Below, one piece after another: positions 27,197 through 39,477 of a stretch of DNA of 64,000 nucleotides. The stretch's first letter is position 1; each line of letters opens with the position of its first letter. The notes under the pieces were generated by a model, which saw nothing but the letters and a program-made list of their open reading frames with translations, was not told the DNA's origin and ran no database searches. Position numbers and translations under genes: made by a program. Origin of the DNA: an uncultured Acidobacteriota bacterium (GTDB taxonomy: Bacteria; Acidobacteriota; Terriglobia; Acidiferrales; UBA7541); assembly GCA_963752925.1 (NCBI GenBank), contig CAVVZY010000011.1:123184-187183 (forward strand). The letters are read 5' to 3'.

Positions 27197-28400
27197 GAAT
27201 GTCGGTTTTGCGGCGGCGATGCGGCGGTTTCGGCGGCAGATGAAATTCCTTTTCGGGCTCGAGCAGCGGCATCTTTCCCTGGTGCCAGCGGGTGATGGCC
27301 TCGACAATTCGTTCCGCGGCCCTTCCGTCGCCGTACGGATTTCCTCCCACGGACATGTCCTGATACGCCTCCTTGTCCGTGAGAAGCCGCTCCGCTTCGC
27401 GGACGATTCCTTCACGCGACATGCCGATGATTCTGGCCAGGCCAAACTCCGATGCTTCGGGACGCTCGGTGACTCTGCGCAAGACGAGCACGGGCTTGTG
27501 AAACGTAGGCGCCTCTTCCTGAATTCCCCCCGAATCCGTGAGCACCATGAAGCAACGGCTCAATAAGCTGACGAACGTAATGTAATCGAGCGGCTCGGTG
27601 AGGTGAATTCGTTCCGTACCGCCCAGGAGCGCATTGATAGTGGTGCGCACGTTCGGATTCATGTGGACCGGATAGATGACGCGAATGTCCGGATACTTCT
27701 TCACTAGATCCTTGAGCGCCAGACACATGTTCTGCTGATCGGTTCCCAGCGATTCGCGACGGTGGGAAGTAACCAACACCAGACGCGAGCCATCCTCGGG
27801 GATGCCGGCGAGCGGAGTGTCCTCCCAGGAGTGAGGCAGCTGACTGAGTCCGCGCAACGCGTCCACCACAGTGTTTCCGGTGACCACGATTTTGCTCGCC
27901 GAAATTCCCTCGGCCAGCAGCGCATCGCGGGAATTGGCCGTGGGTGCGAAGTGAATTTCCGTTACGACCGAAACCAACCGCCGGTTGGCTTCTTCGGGGA
28001 AGGGGTTGTAGATGTCGTGGCTTCGCAGGCCCGCTTCAATATGGCCGACGGGAATCTTGCAGTAGTAAGCGGCTAAGGCCGAGGCGAAGGCGGTGGTCGT
28101 ATCGCCCTGGACCAACACCATGTTGGGACCAAAGCGGTGGCAGGCGTTTTCGACGGTATCGAGGACGCGGCCGGTCAGCGAACTCAAAGTCTGGTTTGGA
28201 CGCATGACGTCGAGGTCAAAGTCCGGCTTGATTTTGAAGTGCTTCAGGGCGTTGTCGAGCATCGTGCGGTGCTGGCCGGTATGCACGACTGCGGTCTCGA
28301 ATTCAGCCGGACGCCGCCGCAGCTCATGAATGACGAGGGCCAGCTTGATAGCTTCTGGGCGTGTGCCCAGGACCGCGACGATCCTGCAAGGCTTGGTCAA
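27153..28400 (-). CDS. wecB: UDP-N-acetylglucosamine 2-epimerase (non-hydrolysing)
   Basis: Track ORF 27153..28700. The TTG at 28400 gives MTKPCRIVAVLGTRPEAIKLA..., the canonical N-terminus. Also VQGDTTT, HIEAGLRS, TDSGGIQEEA. Confidence 0.85.
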   Translation of the reverse strand: MTKPCRIVAVLGTRPEAIKLALVIHELRRRPAEFETAVVHTGQHRTMLDNALKHFKIKPDFDLDVMRPNQTLSSLTGRVLDTVENACHRFGPNMVLVQGDTTTAFASALAAYYCKIPVGHIEAGLRSHDIYNPFPEEANRRLVSVVTEIHFAPTANSRDALLAEGISASKIVVTGNTVVDALRGLSQLPHSWEDTPLAGIPEDGSRLVLVTSHRRESLGTDQQNMCLALKDLVKKYPDIRVIYPVHMNPNVRTTINALLGGTERIHLTEPLDYITFVSLLSRCFMVLTDSGGIQEEAPTFHKPVLVLRRVTERPEASEFGLARIIGMSREGIVREAERLLTDKEAYQDMSVGGNPYGDGRAAERIVEAITRWHQGKMPLLEPEKEFHLPPKPPHRRRKTDIHEAADAAPREKVRS

Positions 28401-28820
28401 CGATACGGACTCCGAGGGAAGGGCCCCGACAGGGCGCGCCGACAAAGCGCCACGAGAACCATTTTCACACGGCGCTTGCCGGCCGGACGGTCGGCGTAGC
28501 AGGAGAGTTCTGGGTGATGCGCAATCGTGCACTAGAGGTTTGTGGCATAACTGCTGCTCGGCAACATAAGCAGCGGGGCGCAGCGCCTGTTTCAGTTCGG
28601 GAATGCTTGTTAGCCACGTTCCGATCCATGCATCCCGAAAATCGTTGCAATCTGCGTGTGAAGTCCAACCTGCCTGCGGCCGATCCATTATTTCAGGCAC
28701 TTACGGCCAAAGATCAGCGGCTGGCCGGTGGCTGTAATCGTGCAACCAGCGCGGCAAGGCCAATCGAGCCCCGGCGGCGCGGGTATGCCCCCGCTCGGTG
28801 GCGCGACTAAGCATGAACGG

Positions 28821-31094
28821 ATGAATCCCACAGGAGCAGTCTTGAAACGGACTGAACCAAGCAAACCAAGAGTTGAGCCTTCCGAGACACTACATCAGTT
28901 GTCCTTGAAGTTCCGGCGAATCGAGCGGCGCGAGTGGCGGCTGTGGATTTCGGCGATCGCCGTGACGCTGCTGTTAACGGGCGGGTTGGGTTCCTTCATC
29001 CTTCCGGGGTTTTGGAACTCGGACGACGGTTTTGCGCGGTTTTCGCTGCCGCAGGCGGTACGCGGACTGGTCGGGCTGGTGCTGATTTTCGACGTGTACA
29101 CGGTCTATCAGCAGCTGCAGATACACAGGATCAGGCGTCAACTGAACGAGCGGGAAGAGCTATTTCGGCTAATCAGCGAGAACGCCGCCGACATGTTGGC
29201 CGTCGTGGACATGAAGGGCCGCCGAATATTCAACAGCCTGGCCTACTGGAAAATTCTGGGGTACACGAGCGAAGAATTGAAAGGATCCGATTCGCTGGAG
29301 CAGGTTCATCCAGAGGATCGTGCTCGCGTGCAAGCGGCGGCCGACAAAGCACGTAAAACGGGAATTGGCACGAGGCTCGAATACCGCATTCGCCACAAGG
29401 ACGGCAGCTGGCGAGAGATCGAATCGACGTCCAGCGTGATCCGCAATGCCAAAGGCGAACCTGAAAAACTGGTCATCGTGAACCGTGACGTCACGGAGCG
29501 GAACCGAGCCTCGGAATCCCTGCGGCGATCGGAGGCCAGTTTTCGCTCCGTGATCGAGAATGCGCCGTATGGGATTTACCGCGCGACCGCTGCGGGAGAC
29601 TTGCTCCGCGTAAATCCGGCGATGCAGAAAATGCTGGGATATGAATCACGGGCCGAGCTCCTGAAGATGAATCTGGCTCGAGATCTCTACCTCGATCCGC
29701 AGGAGCATCAGCGGATCATCGAGCTGCTTGCCATGCAGCAAAAATTCAAGGACGTAGAGATCGAATGGCGACGTAAGGACGGCTCTTTGACGAAGGCACG
29801 CTGTGGCGGGTTCGTCGTCAAAGATGGGGGAAAGGACGCCGCCCATTTTGAGGTTTTCGCGGAAGACGTGACCGAGAAACGATCGCTGGAGCGCCAGCTT
29901 CAAGTCGCGCAGAAGATGGAAGCTGTGGGGAGACTTTCCGGCGGAATCGCGCATGATTTCAACAATCTGCTTGGCGTGATCATCGGCTATAGCCAAGTGT
30001 TGAAGAAAAGGCTGGAAGTGGAAAACCCCCTGCGGGAACACGCCGAAGAAATCGAGAAGGCCGGGCAGCGCGCGGCGTCGCTCACGCGCCAGCTTCTGGC
30101 GTTCAGCCGCCAGCAGGTGCTGGCACCGGCGGTTCTGAATCTGAACGCCCTGCTGACGGACATGGAGAAAATGGTGTCTCGCCTGATCGGCGAGGATATT
30201 GAACTGGGGTTGCGGCTTGATCCGGGAATTGGTCGCGTAAAGGCGGACCTGAGCCAGATTGAACAGGTGGTCATGAATCTGGTGGTGAACGCCCGTGACG
30301 CATTGCCCCACGGCGGCAAGCTGGTGATCGGGACAGAGAACGCAGTCCTGGATCAGGAGTATACGCGCCGCCATCCTGGGTCGAGGGTCGGATCGTACGT
30401 GATGCTATCGGTGATCGACAACGGTACGGGAATGAACGCGGAAACCCTGGCACATCTCTTCGAGCCTTTCTTCACCACGAAGGAGCCCGGCAAGGGCACC
30501 GGTCTTGGACTTGCGACTGTCTACGGCGTGGTGAAGCAGAGCGGCGGATACGTCGGAGTGGACAGCGAGCCAGGAAGGGGCAGCAGCTTCAGAGTGTATC
30601 TGCCGCAGATCAAGGAGGCGCAGCGCAACGACCCCGCCGGCGCGCCCCTATCGGCAACTTTCCGAGGGACGGAGACGGTGCTGCTGGTCGAGGATGCCGA
30701 CGCATTGCGAAAACTCGCGCAGGCACTGCTGGAGCAAAACGGCTACCGCGTCCTGGCAGCGGAGGGCGGGGTCGAAGCCCTCAAGATCGCAGAGAAAGAG
30801 CAGGAGCGCATTCACTTGTTACTGACGGACGTGATCATGCCCGGGATGAACGGGCGAGCTCTGGCGGAGCGTCTGGCTCCGCTGCACAAAGGGTTGAGAG
30901 TGCTCTACATGTCAGGTTACACGCATACCGCGATCGCGGAACACGGAGTGCTTGAGTCGGGAACGTATCTGCTGCAGAAACCGTTCACGGAAGAGGCTCT
31001 GCTTCAGAAAGTTCGTGAAGTGCTGTGCGCGGACGCACCAGGCGAGTCCGCGTCGAAGCAGGCACCGGTCCTGGCCGGAAGCGACGCAGGGTAG
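28821..31094 (+). CDS. hybrid sensor histidine kinase (TM, 2x PAS, HisKA, HATPase, REC)
   Basis: ATG at 28821. TM segment [21 protein letters not shown] blocks [14 protein letters not shown] and [13 protein letters not shown]-box [13 protein letters not shown] boxes VVNARDA and [10 protein letters not shown]-terminal receiver TVLLVEDAD...[13 protein letters not shown]. Confidence 0.85.
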   Translation: MNPTGAVLKRTEPSKPRVEPSETLHQLSLKFRRIERREWRLWISAIAVTLLLTGGLGSFILPGFWNSDDGFARFSLPQAVRGLVGLVLIFDVYTVYQQLQIHRIRRQLNEREELFRLISENAADMLAVVDMKGRRIFNSLAYWKILGYTSEELKGSDSLEQVHPEDRARVQAAADKARKTGIGTRLEYRIRHKDGSWREIESTSSVIRNAKGEPEKLVIVNRDVTERNRASESLRRSEASFRSVIENAPYGIYRATAAGDLLRVNPAMQKMLGYESRAELLKMNLARDLYLDPQEHQRIIELLAMQQKFKDVEIEWRRKDGSLTKARCGGFVVKDGGKDAAHFEVFAEDVTEKRSLERQLQVAQKMEAVGRLSGGIAHDFNNLLGVIIGYSQVLKKRLEVENPLREHAEEIEKAGQRAASLTRQLLAFSRQQVLAPAVLNLNALLTDMEKMVSRLIGEDIELGLRLDPGIGRVKADLSQIEQVVMNLVVNARDALPHGGKLVIGTENAVLDQEYTRRHPGSRVGSYVMLSVIDNGTGMNAETLAHLFEPFFTTKEPGKGTGLGLATVYGVVKQSGGYVGVDSEPGRGSSFRVYLPQIKEAQRNDPAGAPLSATFRGTETVLLVEDADALRKLAQALLEQNGYRVLAAEGGVEALKIAEKEQERIHLLLTDVIMPGMNGRALAERLAPLHKGLRVLYMSGYTHTAIAEHGVLESGTYLLQKPFTEEALLQKVREVLCADAPGESASKQAPVLAGSDAG

Positions 31095-31117
31095 ACGCGA
31101 TCAGGAGAGTGCCGCAC

Positions 31118-31780
31118 GTGCGACGATTGCTAATTGTGGATGATGACGAAGCGATACGCCGGCTGTTCCGACTAAACCTGGCCGAGGACTACGAGATTAT
31201 CGACACAGATGATCCCGAACAGGCGCTCGCCCTGGCGATGGAACACAAGCCGGACGCCATTCTGCTGGACATGCACATGCCCAAGTTTTCGGGTTTTGAT
31301 CTGTGCCGGACGTTTCATTCCTTCAGTCAGACGCAGCTCGTTCCCATATTTGTCGTAAGCGGGGCGTTGGGAGGCGAAACGAAGGAGGCCTGCACGGCTC
31401 TTGGCGCGGCGGGATTTTTCGGGAAGCCGATTGATTTCGACGCTCTCAAGGAGCGCTTACGCTCGGTAAAGAGAAACACCATGGTGCCGCGCAGCGAGGT
31501 TCGCGTCCAGCTGCGAGTGCCCGTGATGCTTTGCGGGACTGAAATCGATGGAACGGCATTTGAAGAAGTAACCAAAACGGAAAACGTGAGCTTGAGCGGA
31601 TTCCTCTGCAGTTGCAAGGCAGCACTGCGAAGTGAGTCGGTGGTGGAGGTTTTCCTGACCAGCGCCGGACGTCGGCCCGTCGGCAAGGCACGCTGCGTTC
31701 GGGCCGAAACGCGCGAGGGAGAGCCTCCGCAATACGCTTTCCGGTTTATCGGAAAAGCGGAAACGTGGATTTTGAAGTAA
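31118..31780 (+). CDS. response-regulator receiver fused to a PilZ domain
   Basis: GTG about 9 nt after AGGAGAG. VRRLLIVDDDEAIRR...ILLDMHMPKFSG (REC), then RSEVR (RxxxR) and NVSLSG (D/NxSxxG) PilZ motifs. Confidence 0.8.
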   Translation: MRRLLIVDDDEAIRRLFRLNLAEDYEIIDTDDPEQALALAMEHKPDAILLDMHMPKFSGFDLCRTFHSFSQTQLVPIFVVSGALGGETKEACTALGAAGFFGKPIDFDALKERLRSVKRNTMVPRSEVRVQLRVPVMLCGTEIDGTAFEEVTKTENVSLSGFLCSCKAALRSESVVEVFLTSAGRRPVGKARCVRAETREGEPPQYAFRFIGKAETWILK

Positions 31781-31816
31781 GCGTGCGGAACTAGAGCGCT
31801 CCGCTTCGATGGGAGC

Positions 31817-33232
31817 TTATCCTGCGCGGACGCCGCCCAGAAGGTAGTCGTCGATCGCTTTCGCGGCGCTGCGGCCTTCCGAGATCGCCCAGACCACAAG
31901 CGACTGACCGCGGCGCATGTCTCCGGCCGCAAATACTCCGGGAACCGACGTCATGTAGTTCTCCTTCGTGGCGATGTTGCTGCGCGCGTCGAGATGCACG
32001 CCGAACTGTTCCAGCATGCCTTTCTTCACCGGTCCGGTGAAGCCCAGCGCGAGCAAGACGAGGTCGGCATCAATCAAAAACTCTGTGCCAGGCAGAGGTT
32101 CGAACTTTGGCGGCGGGCCCACGCGAACTGCATGCAACTGTTTCACGTTGCCGTGCTCGTCACCCGTGAACTTTGTCGTTCCGGCGGCCCAATCCCTCAC
32201 TCCGCCTTCCTCGTGGGCGCTTTCGGTACGCAGTTGAAGCGGCCAGAGGGGCCAAGGTGTGCTGGGAGCGCGCTCCGCAGGCGGCATGGGCATGATCTCG
32301 AATTGGAGCACAGACTTCGCGTTCTGCCGGTGGCAGGTGCCCAGGCAGTCCGCGCCGGTGTCGCCACCGCCGATAATTACCACGCGCTTGCCGGTGGCGA
32401 GGATTTGATCCGGCACGGGGTCGCCCGCGACGCGCTTGTTCTGCTGGGGCAGGAAGTCCATGGCGAAATGGATGCCCTTGAGTTCGCGCCCGGGCACTTT
32501 CAGGTCGCGCGGATTCTCGGCGCCGCCGGAGAGCAGAACGGCGTCGAATTCCTCGCGAAGATCCGCGGCGGGCACATTGCCGCCGACGTGCGTGTTCGTT
32601 CTGAAAATGACGCCTTCAGACGCCATCTGTTCGAGCCGCCGGTCCAGGACGTTCTTTTCCAACTTAAAGTCGGGAATGCCGTAGCGCAGAAGTCCGCCGA
32701 TGCGGTCCGATTTCTCGAAGAGCGTCACCTGGTGGCCGGCTCGATTCAACTGCTGCGCCGCTGCCATGCCGGCCGGCCCTGATCCCACGACCGCGACACG
32801 CTTGCCGGTGCGGATAGCGGGCGGCTCAGGCTTGATCCATCCCTCTTTCCACGCCCGATCCACGATCGTTTTTTCGATCAATTTGATGGTGACCGCCGGC
32901 TCGTTGATGCCGAGCACGCAAGCCGCTTCACAGGGCGCCGGGCAGATGCGCCCGGTAAACTCCGGGAAGTTATTCGTGGAATGAAGGACCCGAATCGCTT
33001 CCTTCCATTCGTCGCGATACACAAGATCGTTCCAGTCCGGGATGATGTTGTTCACCGGGCAGCCGGTGTGACAAAAAGGAATGCCGCAATCCATGCAGCG
33101 GGCGGCCTGCGTGCGCACTTTATCGTCAGCGAAGGGAAGATAGACTTCGGAATAATCCTTGACGCGCTCCTTGACGGGGCGGCGCGTGGGAGTCTCCCGC
33201 ACATACTCCTTGAAACCGGTGACCTTACCCAC
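31817..33232 (-). CDS. gltD: glutamate synthase (NADPH) small subunit
   Basis: [10 protein letters not shown]..., [35 protein letters not shown]. Confidence 0.92.
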   Translation of the reverse strand: MGKVTGFKEYVRETPTRRPVKERVKDYSEVYLPFADDKVRTQAARCMDCGIPFCHTGCPVNNIIPDWNDLVYRDEWKEAIRVLHSTNNFPEFTGRICPAPCEAACVLGINEPAVTIKLIEKTIVDRAWKEGWIKPEPPAIRTGKRVAVVGSGPAGMAAAQQLNRAGHQVTLFEKSDRIGGLLRYGIPDFKLEKNVLDRRLEQMASEGVIFRTNTHVGGNVPAADLREEFDAVLLSGGAENPRDLKVPGRELKGIHFAMDFLPQQNKRVAGDPVPDQILATGKRVVIIGGGDTGADCLGTCHRQNAKSVLQFEIMPMPPAERAPSTPWPLWPLQLRTESAHEEGGVRDWAAGTTKFTGDEHGNVKQLHAVRVGPPPKFEPLPGTEFLIDADLVLLALGFTGPVKKGMLEQFGVHLDARSNIATKENYMTSVPGVFAAGDMRRGQSLVVWAISEGRSAAKAIDDYLLGGVRAG

Positions 33233-36200
33233 GGATCACCTGCCCACCGGAATGTTTCCCGGCCTGCGCGGCAAGGACAGCGGAGGGCACGCGCGGTATG
33301 CCGAGCACGCGCTTGAACTCGTGCGGGAATACCTTGATGAATTTCGGCAGCGTGGACTCCCAGTTTTCGATGATCCACTTTGCCTGCGTGCTTCCGGTTA
33401 ACTCGCTGTGGCGCGCGATCAGTTGGTACAGCAGATCGATGTCTTTATGGTTCGCGACCGGTTCGAGGTCCACCTCGGCGCGATTGCATCGGACCGACGG
33501 GAAATCGCCGAACTGGTCCAGGACGTAAGCGATGCCGCCAGTCATACCGGCCGCAAAGTTCCGTCCGGTGCGGCCGAGCACCACGATCAAACCGTTGGTC
33601 ATATACTCACAGCCGTGGTCGCCGACGCCTTCCACAACCGCCGTAGCGCCGGAATTGCGGACCGCGAAGCGTTCACCGGCCATGCCGCCGAAGTATGCTT
33701 CGCCGCTGGTTGCGCCGTAGAGGCAAACATTGCCGATGAGGATATTTTCCTCGGGCACGAATTCGGACTGGCGCGGATGGTAGATGACCAGCTTCCCGCC
33801 GGACAGACCTTTGCCAACGTAGTCGTTCGCGTCACCTTCCAGCGTCAACGTCACGCCCTTCGCTAGGAACGCGCCGAAGCTCTGTCCTGCGCAGCCGGTG
33901 AACTGAACCCGGATGGTGTCGTCCGGCAAGCCCGCGGAGCCGTATCTTCGTGCGATCTCGCCGCTGAGCATCGTACCGACAGTCCGGTGAATATTGCGGA
34001 TCGGCATGCTGAGAGAAACCGGCGTGCGATTTTCGATGGCTTCGTGCGTCATTTCGATGAGCTTGTAGTCGAGAGCCTTTTCCAGACCGTGGTCCTGCGC
34101 CTCCGTGCACCGCCGCCCCACATGGCTCGGCATCGGGGGATTGTAGAGAACTGCGGAGAGGTCGATTCCTTTGGCCTTCCAGTGCGTGATGTCCGACCGC
34201 TGGACTAGGCAGTCCACCCGGCCGATCATCTCATTCATCGTCCGGAAACCAAGCTCGGCCATCACCCTGCGTAGATCTTCGGCCACATAGAAAAAGAAAT
34301 TGATTACGTTTTCGGGATGCCCCTGGAATTTCTTCCGTAGCTCGGGATCCTGCGTCGCGATGCCGACCGGACAGGTGTTCAGATGGCACTTACGCATCAT
34401 GATGCAGCCCATCGAAATCAGCGGCGCGGTGGAAAATCCAAACTCCTCGGCGCCGAGCAACGCGGCGATGGCCACGTCCCGGCCAGTCTGCAGCTTGCCA
34501 TCCACCTGGACGCGCACACGGCTGCGCAGATCGTTGAGCACCAGAACCTGCTGCGTTTCGGAAAGCCCGAGCTCCCAGGGAACACCGGCATGACGAATCG
34601 AGCTGATGGGAGAAGCGCCCGTGCCGCCGTCGTAGCCGCTGATGAGGATCACGTCCGCGTGAGCCTTCGCCACGCCGGCTGCCACGGTTCCCACTCCTGT
34701 TTCCGCGACCAGCTTCACCGATATCCGCGCACGAGGATTGGCGTTCTTCAGGTCGTGGATCAGTTGGGCCAAATCCTCAATGGAATAGATATCGTGGTGC
34801 GGAGGCGGCGAGATCAGGCCGACTCCGGGAATCGAGTGGCGCACGCGCGCGATGATCTCGTCCACTTTGTGGCCGGGCAGCTGGCCGCCTTCGCCGGGTT
34901 TCGCGCCCTGCGAGATCTTGATTTGAAGATCGTCCGCGTTCACGAGGTAGTTCGTGGTTACGCCAAACCGCGCGGACGCGACCTGTTTGATCGCGCTGCG
35001 GCGGAGGTCGCCATTCGCGTCGGGCTTGAAGCGCGCCTCATCTTCTCCGCCTTCTCCCGTGTTGGATCGGGCGCCGATCCGGTTCATGGCGATCGCGAGC
35101 GTCTCGTGCGCTTCCTTGCTGATCGAGCCGTAGGACATGGCGCCGGTGGCAAAGCGCTTCACGATTTCGGAGGCGGGCTCGACGTCGTCCAGCGGCACGG
35201 GTGGCCCGTTCGGCTTGAAATCGACCATGCCGCGCAACATAAGCAGATCGCGATTCTGCTGGTCCACGATCTTGGCGAATTCCTCAAAGCTATCAAAACT
35301 CGATTGCCGAACGGCATGCTGCAGCTTACTGACGGTCAGCGGGTTCAGAAGGTGGCGCTCGCCGCGAACGCGAAATTGATATTCGCCGCCGACCCGAAGC
35401 TCGGTTTCCGATTCACTGGGCGGCAGCATGGCGAACTCGTGCTTCATGAGCGCTTCGCGAGCCAGGATTTCGATGTTCACGCCTTCAATGCGCGAGGCGG
35501 TTCCCGTGAAATAGCGCTCGATGACCGAGCGGCTCAAACCGATGGCCTCGAAAATCTGAGCGCCTTGATAACTCTGCAAGGTCGAGATGCCCATCTTCGA
35601 AAAGGTCTTCAGCAGGCCCTTATCGGTGGCCTTCATGTAGCTTTTGAAGATTTTGTCCCAGGTACTTTCGGGCGGAAAGTGGCCGTCCTCGTAAAGGTGC
35701 TCGAGGGTTTCGATGGCCAGATAGGGGTTGACGGCGCTCGCGCCGTAGCCCAGGAGCAGAGCGAAATGCATCACCTCGCGCGGTTCGCCGGATTCGACGA
35801 TTAAGGCGACCTGGTTGCGCGTCTTTTCGCGGATCAGATGATTGTGAACGGCGGAAAGCGCCAGCAGGCTCGGGATCGGCGCGTGCGCGGCATCCACGCC
35901 GCGATCGGAGAGAATAAGAATCGTATAGCCGGATTTGACCGCGGCGGAGGCGCGCACGCACAAATCTTCGACGGCCTTTTCGAGTTGCTGTTCGCCCCCG
36001 CTCACGGGGAAGAGAGCCGACAGAGTCGTGGCGAGGAAATCGCCCCACTTGACGCTGCGCATCTTTTCGAGGCGCCAGTTGGAAATGATCGGATGGCGCA
36101 GCTTCAGCGTGTGGCACTGCTTGGGCGTTTCGTCGAGAAGATTGCCTTCGCGTCCGATATACGAGTTTAGCGACATCACCAAGTCTTCGCGGATCGGATC

Positions 36201-37826
36201 GATCGCCGGATTCGTCACCTGAGCGAACGTCTGCTTGAAGTAGTTGAACAGGAGCTGCGGCTTATCGGATAGGCAGGCCAGCGGCGTATCGATGCCCATC
36301 GAGCCGACCGGTTCCTCGCCTTTTATCGCGGATGGCTGCAGGATCGTCTTCAAGTCTTCGTCGGTGTAGCCGAAGGCGCGCTGGCGCATCAAGATTGTTT
36401 CGTGATCCGTCGGCTGAACATTCACGGGGCTGGGAAGATCATCCAAAGTGATCTGGTTTTCTTTCAGCCATTGAGCGTACGGTTGCCGGGCTGCCAGCTG
36501 TTTCTTCACTTCGCCGTCTGAAATCAGGCGCTTTTGTTCCGTGTCCACCAGGAGCATGCGGCCAGGCGCGAGGCGCCCCTTCATGCGCACGTCTTCGGGT
36601 TTCACGGGCAGCACGCCGGCTTCCGAAGCCATGATGACCAAGCCGTCCGTGGTAACCAGGTACCGGCCGGGGCGCAGTCCGTTGCGATCGAGCTTGGCGC
36701 CGATCACCCGACCGTCCGTGAAAGCGACAGCAGCCGGGCCGTCCCAAGGTTCCATCAGCGATGCGTGGTATTCGTAGAATGCTTTGACGTCCTGCGGCAT
36801 CTCGGGATCGTTGTCCCATGCCTCGGGAATGAGCATGGACATCACATGGGGCAGACTGCGGCCGCCGAGCGCCAGCAACTCCACCGCGTTGTCGAGCATG
36901 GCGGAATCGCTGCCGCCCGGAGTGATGATCGGCAGCAACTTTTGCATGTCTTTCCCAAACAGCGGGGAAGACAAAACGGACTGGCGCGCGTACATCCAGT
37001 TTGCATTCCCACGCAGCGTGTTGATCTCACCGTTATGGCAGACGTAGCGGTAGGGATGAGCGAGTTGCCAGCTCGGAAACGTGTTGGTTGAGAAGCGCTG
37101 GTGGACCAGGCAAAGCGCGCTCATGACTTCGGGATCGGACAGCTCCTTGTAAAAACTGGCGATCTGCGGAGCCAGAAGCAAGCCCTTGTAAACAATCGTC
37201 CGCGACGAAAGAGACGGGACGTAAAAGAAATCCTTCTCTTTTAGGTCGGATTCCGCCATGGCGGTTTCCGCCGCTTTGCGCACGACGTAGAGCTTGCGCT
37301 CGAGGGCGTCCTGGTCCATGCCCGGCGCGCGCCGGATGAAAATCTGCTCGATGTAGGGCTGAGTGTTGCGCGCGACGCGCCCGATCGTGTCACCGTTGAT
37401 CGGCGTGTCGCGCCAGCCGAGCACGGTTAGCCCCTGCTCGCGCACGGTTTTTTCCACGATGCCTTCGCAAAGGATTCGGTCCTGCGGGTCAACGGGAAGA
37501 AATATCATCCCGACGCCATATTCGCCGGGCGGGGGAAGCGTGAAACCGAGGCTCGCGCATTCGCGCTCGAAAAAAGCGTGCGGAATCTGAATCAGGATGC
37601 CCGCACCGTCGCCCGTTTCCGGATCGCAGCCACACGCGCCGCGGTGGGTGAGATTGACCAGAATCTGGATACCCTTGAGCACGATATCGTGGGATTTCTG
37701 CCCTTCGATATTGGCGACGAAACCGAGGCCGCAGGCGTCATGCTCGTTCTCCGGGCGGTACATGCCCTGCGCTTCGGGCAGGCCCGAAAATGGATAGTTG
37801 GATTTCATTTTGCGCCGCTTTTTCAT
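33225..37826 (-). CDS. gltB: glutamate synthase large subunit
   Basis: 1533-aa uninterrupted [16 protein letters not shown] amidotransferase N-terminus, with FMN and GXGXG C-terminal domains. The start may be the second ATG at 37808. Overlaps gltD by 8 nt. Confidence 0.92.
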   Translation of the reverse strand: MKKRRKMKSNYPFSGLPEAQGMYRPENEHDACGLGFVANIEGQKSHDIVLKGIQILVNLTHRGACGCDPETGDGAGILIQIPHAFFERECASLGFTLPPPGEYGVGMIFLPVDPQDRILCEGIVEKTVREQGLTVLGWRDTPINGDTIGRVARNTQPYIEQIFIRRAPGMDQDALERKLYVVRKAAETAMAESDLKEKDFFYVPSLSSRTIVYKGLLLAPQIASFYKELSDPEVMSALCLVHQRFSTNTFPSWQLAHPYRYVCHNGEINTLRGNANWMYARQSVLSSPLFGKDMQKLLPIITPGGSDSAMLDNAVELLALGGRSLPHVMSMLIPEAWDNDPEMPQDVKAFYEYHASLMEPWDGPAAVAFTDGRVIGAKLDRNGLRPGRYLVTTDGLVIMASEAGVLPVKPEDVRMKGRLAPGRMLLVDTEQKRLISDGEVKKQLAARQPYAQWLKENQITLDDLPSPVNVQPTDHETILMRQRAFGYTDEDLKTILQPSAIKGEEPVGSMGIDTPLACLSDKPQLLFNYFKQTFAQVTNPAIDPIREDLVMSLNSYIGREGNLLDETPKQCHTLKLRHPIISNWRLEKMRSVKWGDFLATTLSALFPVSGGEQQLEKAVEDLCVRASAAVKSGYTILILSDRGVDAAHAPIPSLLALSAVHNHLIREKTRNQVALIVESGEPREVMHFALLLGYGASAVNPYLAIETLEHLYEDGHFPPESTWDKIFKSYMKATDKGLLKTFSKMGISTLQSYQGAQIFEAIGLSRSVIERYFTGTASRIEGVNIEILAREALMKHEFAMLPPSESETELRVGGEYQFRVRGERHLLNPLTVSKLQHAVRQSSFDSFEEFAKIVDQQNRDLLMLRGMVDFKPNGPPVPLDDVEPASEIVKRFATGAMSYGSISKEAHETLAIAMNRIGARSNTGEGGEDEARFKPDANGDLRRSAIKQVASARFGVTTNYLVNADDLQIKISQGAKPGEGGQLPGHKVDEIIARVRHSIPGVGLISPPPHHDIYSIEDLAQLIHDLKNANPRARISVKLVAETGVGTVAAGVAKAHADVILISGYDGGTGASPISSIRHAGVPWELGLSETQQVLVLNDLRSRVRVQVDGKLQTGRDVAIAALLGAEEFGFSTAPLISMGCIMMRKCHLNTCPVGIATQDPELRKKFQGHPENVINFFFYVAEDLRRVMAELGFRTMNEMIGRVDCLVQRSDITHWKAKGIDLSAVLYNPPMPSHVGRRCTEAQDHGLEKALDYKLIEMTHEAIENRTPVSLSMPIRNIHRTVGTMLSGEIARRYGSAGLPDDTIRVQFTGCAGQSFGAFLAKGVTLTLEGDANDYVGKGLSGGKLVIYHPRQSEFVPEENILIGNVCLYGATSGEAYFGGMAGERFAVRNSGATAVVEGVGDHGCEYMTNGLIVVLGRTGRNFAAGMTGGIAYVLDQFGDFPSVRCNRAEVDLEPVANHKDIDLLYQLIARHSELTGSTQAKWIIENWESTLPKFIKVFPHEFKRVLGIPRVPSAVLAAQAGKHSGGQVIRG

Positions 37827-38018
37827 GATGCGACTGAACCTAGGCGAGGTTACATCTTAGCATTTCTTTCCAAGCCGTTCTTCTTCAACTCGTCGCGCCG
37901 AGGCGGGACGCTTTCGTTTATCCAACCCATCAGAAATACAAATATGGCCTAATTTGCATTGGAAAGACGGGAGCTACACCGGCCAGGATGGCTGCTGCTG
38001 CGCCGTCGGCCGGTCCAG

Positions 38019-39425
38019 CTATTCCGGGTGGAGGTGCGGCTGCGGGACGGCGCAGATGATTCCCGACACGGCCGTGAAGCTCGCGCCGAACATCAGTGCG
38101 ACGCTGGCGCCATGGAGCGTGACTCCGCCATTCGCGGAAAGTCCGAATATCACCGCAACAACCGAAACACCGATGGATTGTCCGAGCAGGCGGGACATCG
38201 TGCTGATGCCGCCGGCGCCTCCGCTCCGCTCCTTGGGTGCGCTCGCGACCATGGCGCGGTTGTTGGGAGCTCCGAAGAAACCAAATCCTGCGCCGCCGAG
38301 TGCGGCTCGCCATACGATCTGGAAAACGGTGGGATGCGGCCCCACCAAGCCTAGCAGGATCAGCCCGGACGTCATACAGGCCATGCCGACGGTGCCGAGG
38401 ACGCGGATCGGAACACGATCGGCCATCCTTCCGGAGATATGCGACATGATTCCGGCCGCGATCGGCCACGGACTGAGAAGCAGCCCAGCCATCACTTGCG
38501 AGAACCCCATCACGTTAATGAAATAAAAGGGCAGAACTACAACGGCGAGGCCCTGCGCCATGAACGCGCACAACGACGCCGAGGAGGAGAGCGCAAAGAT
38601 CGGGCGCTTGAACAAATCGATTGCCAACATTGGAACCGGTAGGTGGCTTTGCCGCTTGACGAGGACAGTACCGGCAATCGCAGCGCCGATTAATTCGGCC
38701 ACGAGGATCGCACGTGCTTTGCCGTTGCCGATGCCGTCAATACCAGTGATCAACAGAGTTACCGCGATCCCATTCAGGACTGCACTCCAAAAGTCCCAGC
38801 GATGGCGCGAGCCTTCGGCCGGGGCCAGGCAGCGCTCGGACATGCTCAACGCGAGCAGGCCGAAAGGAATATTAATGGCAAACAGCCAATGCCATGTAGT
38901 GATCGCGAGAATCGCCGAGGCGACGCTCGGGCCGGCGGCCGCGGACGTGAAAACCACGAAGCCGCCGAGACCAATCCCGCGGCCCAGCAGCGCGCGCGGA
39001 TACGTGTACCGCATCACGGCTGCGGAGACACTCCAGATGCATGCGGCTCCCATGCCTTGAATCACGCGAGCCAGCACGAGTGTGTTCAAAGAATGTGGAA
39101 GAGAGCACCCCGCCGACGCGAGCGTGAAAATCACCAGACCGCCCTGATACACGCGCTTGTAGCCGATGATATCCACCAGCGAGGACAGCGGCACGACGCA
39201 GATGCCGACCGTCAGCAGAAATGCGTTGACAACCCAGATGGACGCCGCGGGACTGGCGTGAAGCTGCGTTGCGATGCTGGGCAAGGCGGTGTTGGCGATG
39301 TTGCCGTCGAGGACGGACATGGCCAGTCCGACCAAATAACTGATCATCGCCCAGCGTCGCTGGGAGCCGGGCAAGCCGTCGGTGAACCCCATTTCACCTG
39401 AAACGGGAATTGTTATTTCGGACAT
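38019..39425 (-). CDS. MFS transporter, DHA2 (EmrB/QacA-like, 14 TM)
   Basis: 468 aa. LVGLAMSVLDGNIANTALPSIA... is typical of the DHA2 N-terminus. Confidence 0.85.
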   Translation of the reverse strand: MSEITIPVSGEMGFTDGLPGSQRRWAMISYLVGLAMSVLDGNIANTALPSIATQLHASPAASIWVVNAFLLTVGICVVPLSSLVDIIGYKRVYQGGLVIFTLASAGCSLPHSLNTLVLARVIQGMGAACIWSVSAAVMRYTYPRALLGRGIGLGGFVVFTSAAAGPSVASAILAITTWHWLFAINIPFGLLALSMSERCLAPAEGSRHRWDFWSAVLNGIAVTLLITGIDGIGNGKARAILVAELIGAAIAGTVLVKRQSHLPVPMLAIDLFKRPIFALSSSASLCAFMAQGLAVVVLPFYFINVMGFSQVMAGLLLSPWPIAAGIMSHISGRMADRVPIRVLGTVGMACMTSGLILLGLVGPHPTVFQIVWRAALGGAGFGFFGAPNNRAMVASAPKERSGGAGGISTMSRLLGQSIGVSVVAVIFGLSANGGVTLHGASVALMFGASFTAVSGIICAVPQPHLHPE

Positions 39426-39477
39426 TTGGCCTACGCCACTCCCGGATATGGTCGAAGTGTTGTGATCGCGCGAGAGC

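Noticed and set aside
27153-28700. Long N-terminal extension of WecB (515-aa track ORF)
   Set aside because: The extension has no epimerase similarity. The internal TTG at 28400 yields the canonical MxKxxxIxxVxGTRPE start.
34383-35804. 473-aa plus-strand ORF
   Set aside because: It lies entirely inside gltB on the opposite strand, so it is a shadow ORF.
37940-37970. TGGCCTAATTTGCA resembling a sigma-54 -24/-12 element near gltB
   Set aside because: The GG-to-GC spacing is two nt too short. It is also on the plus strand, pointing away from gltB and into the 3' end of a minus-strand gene.
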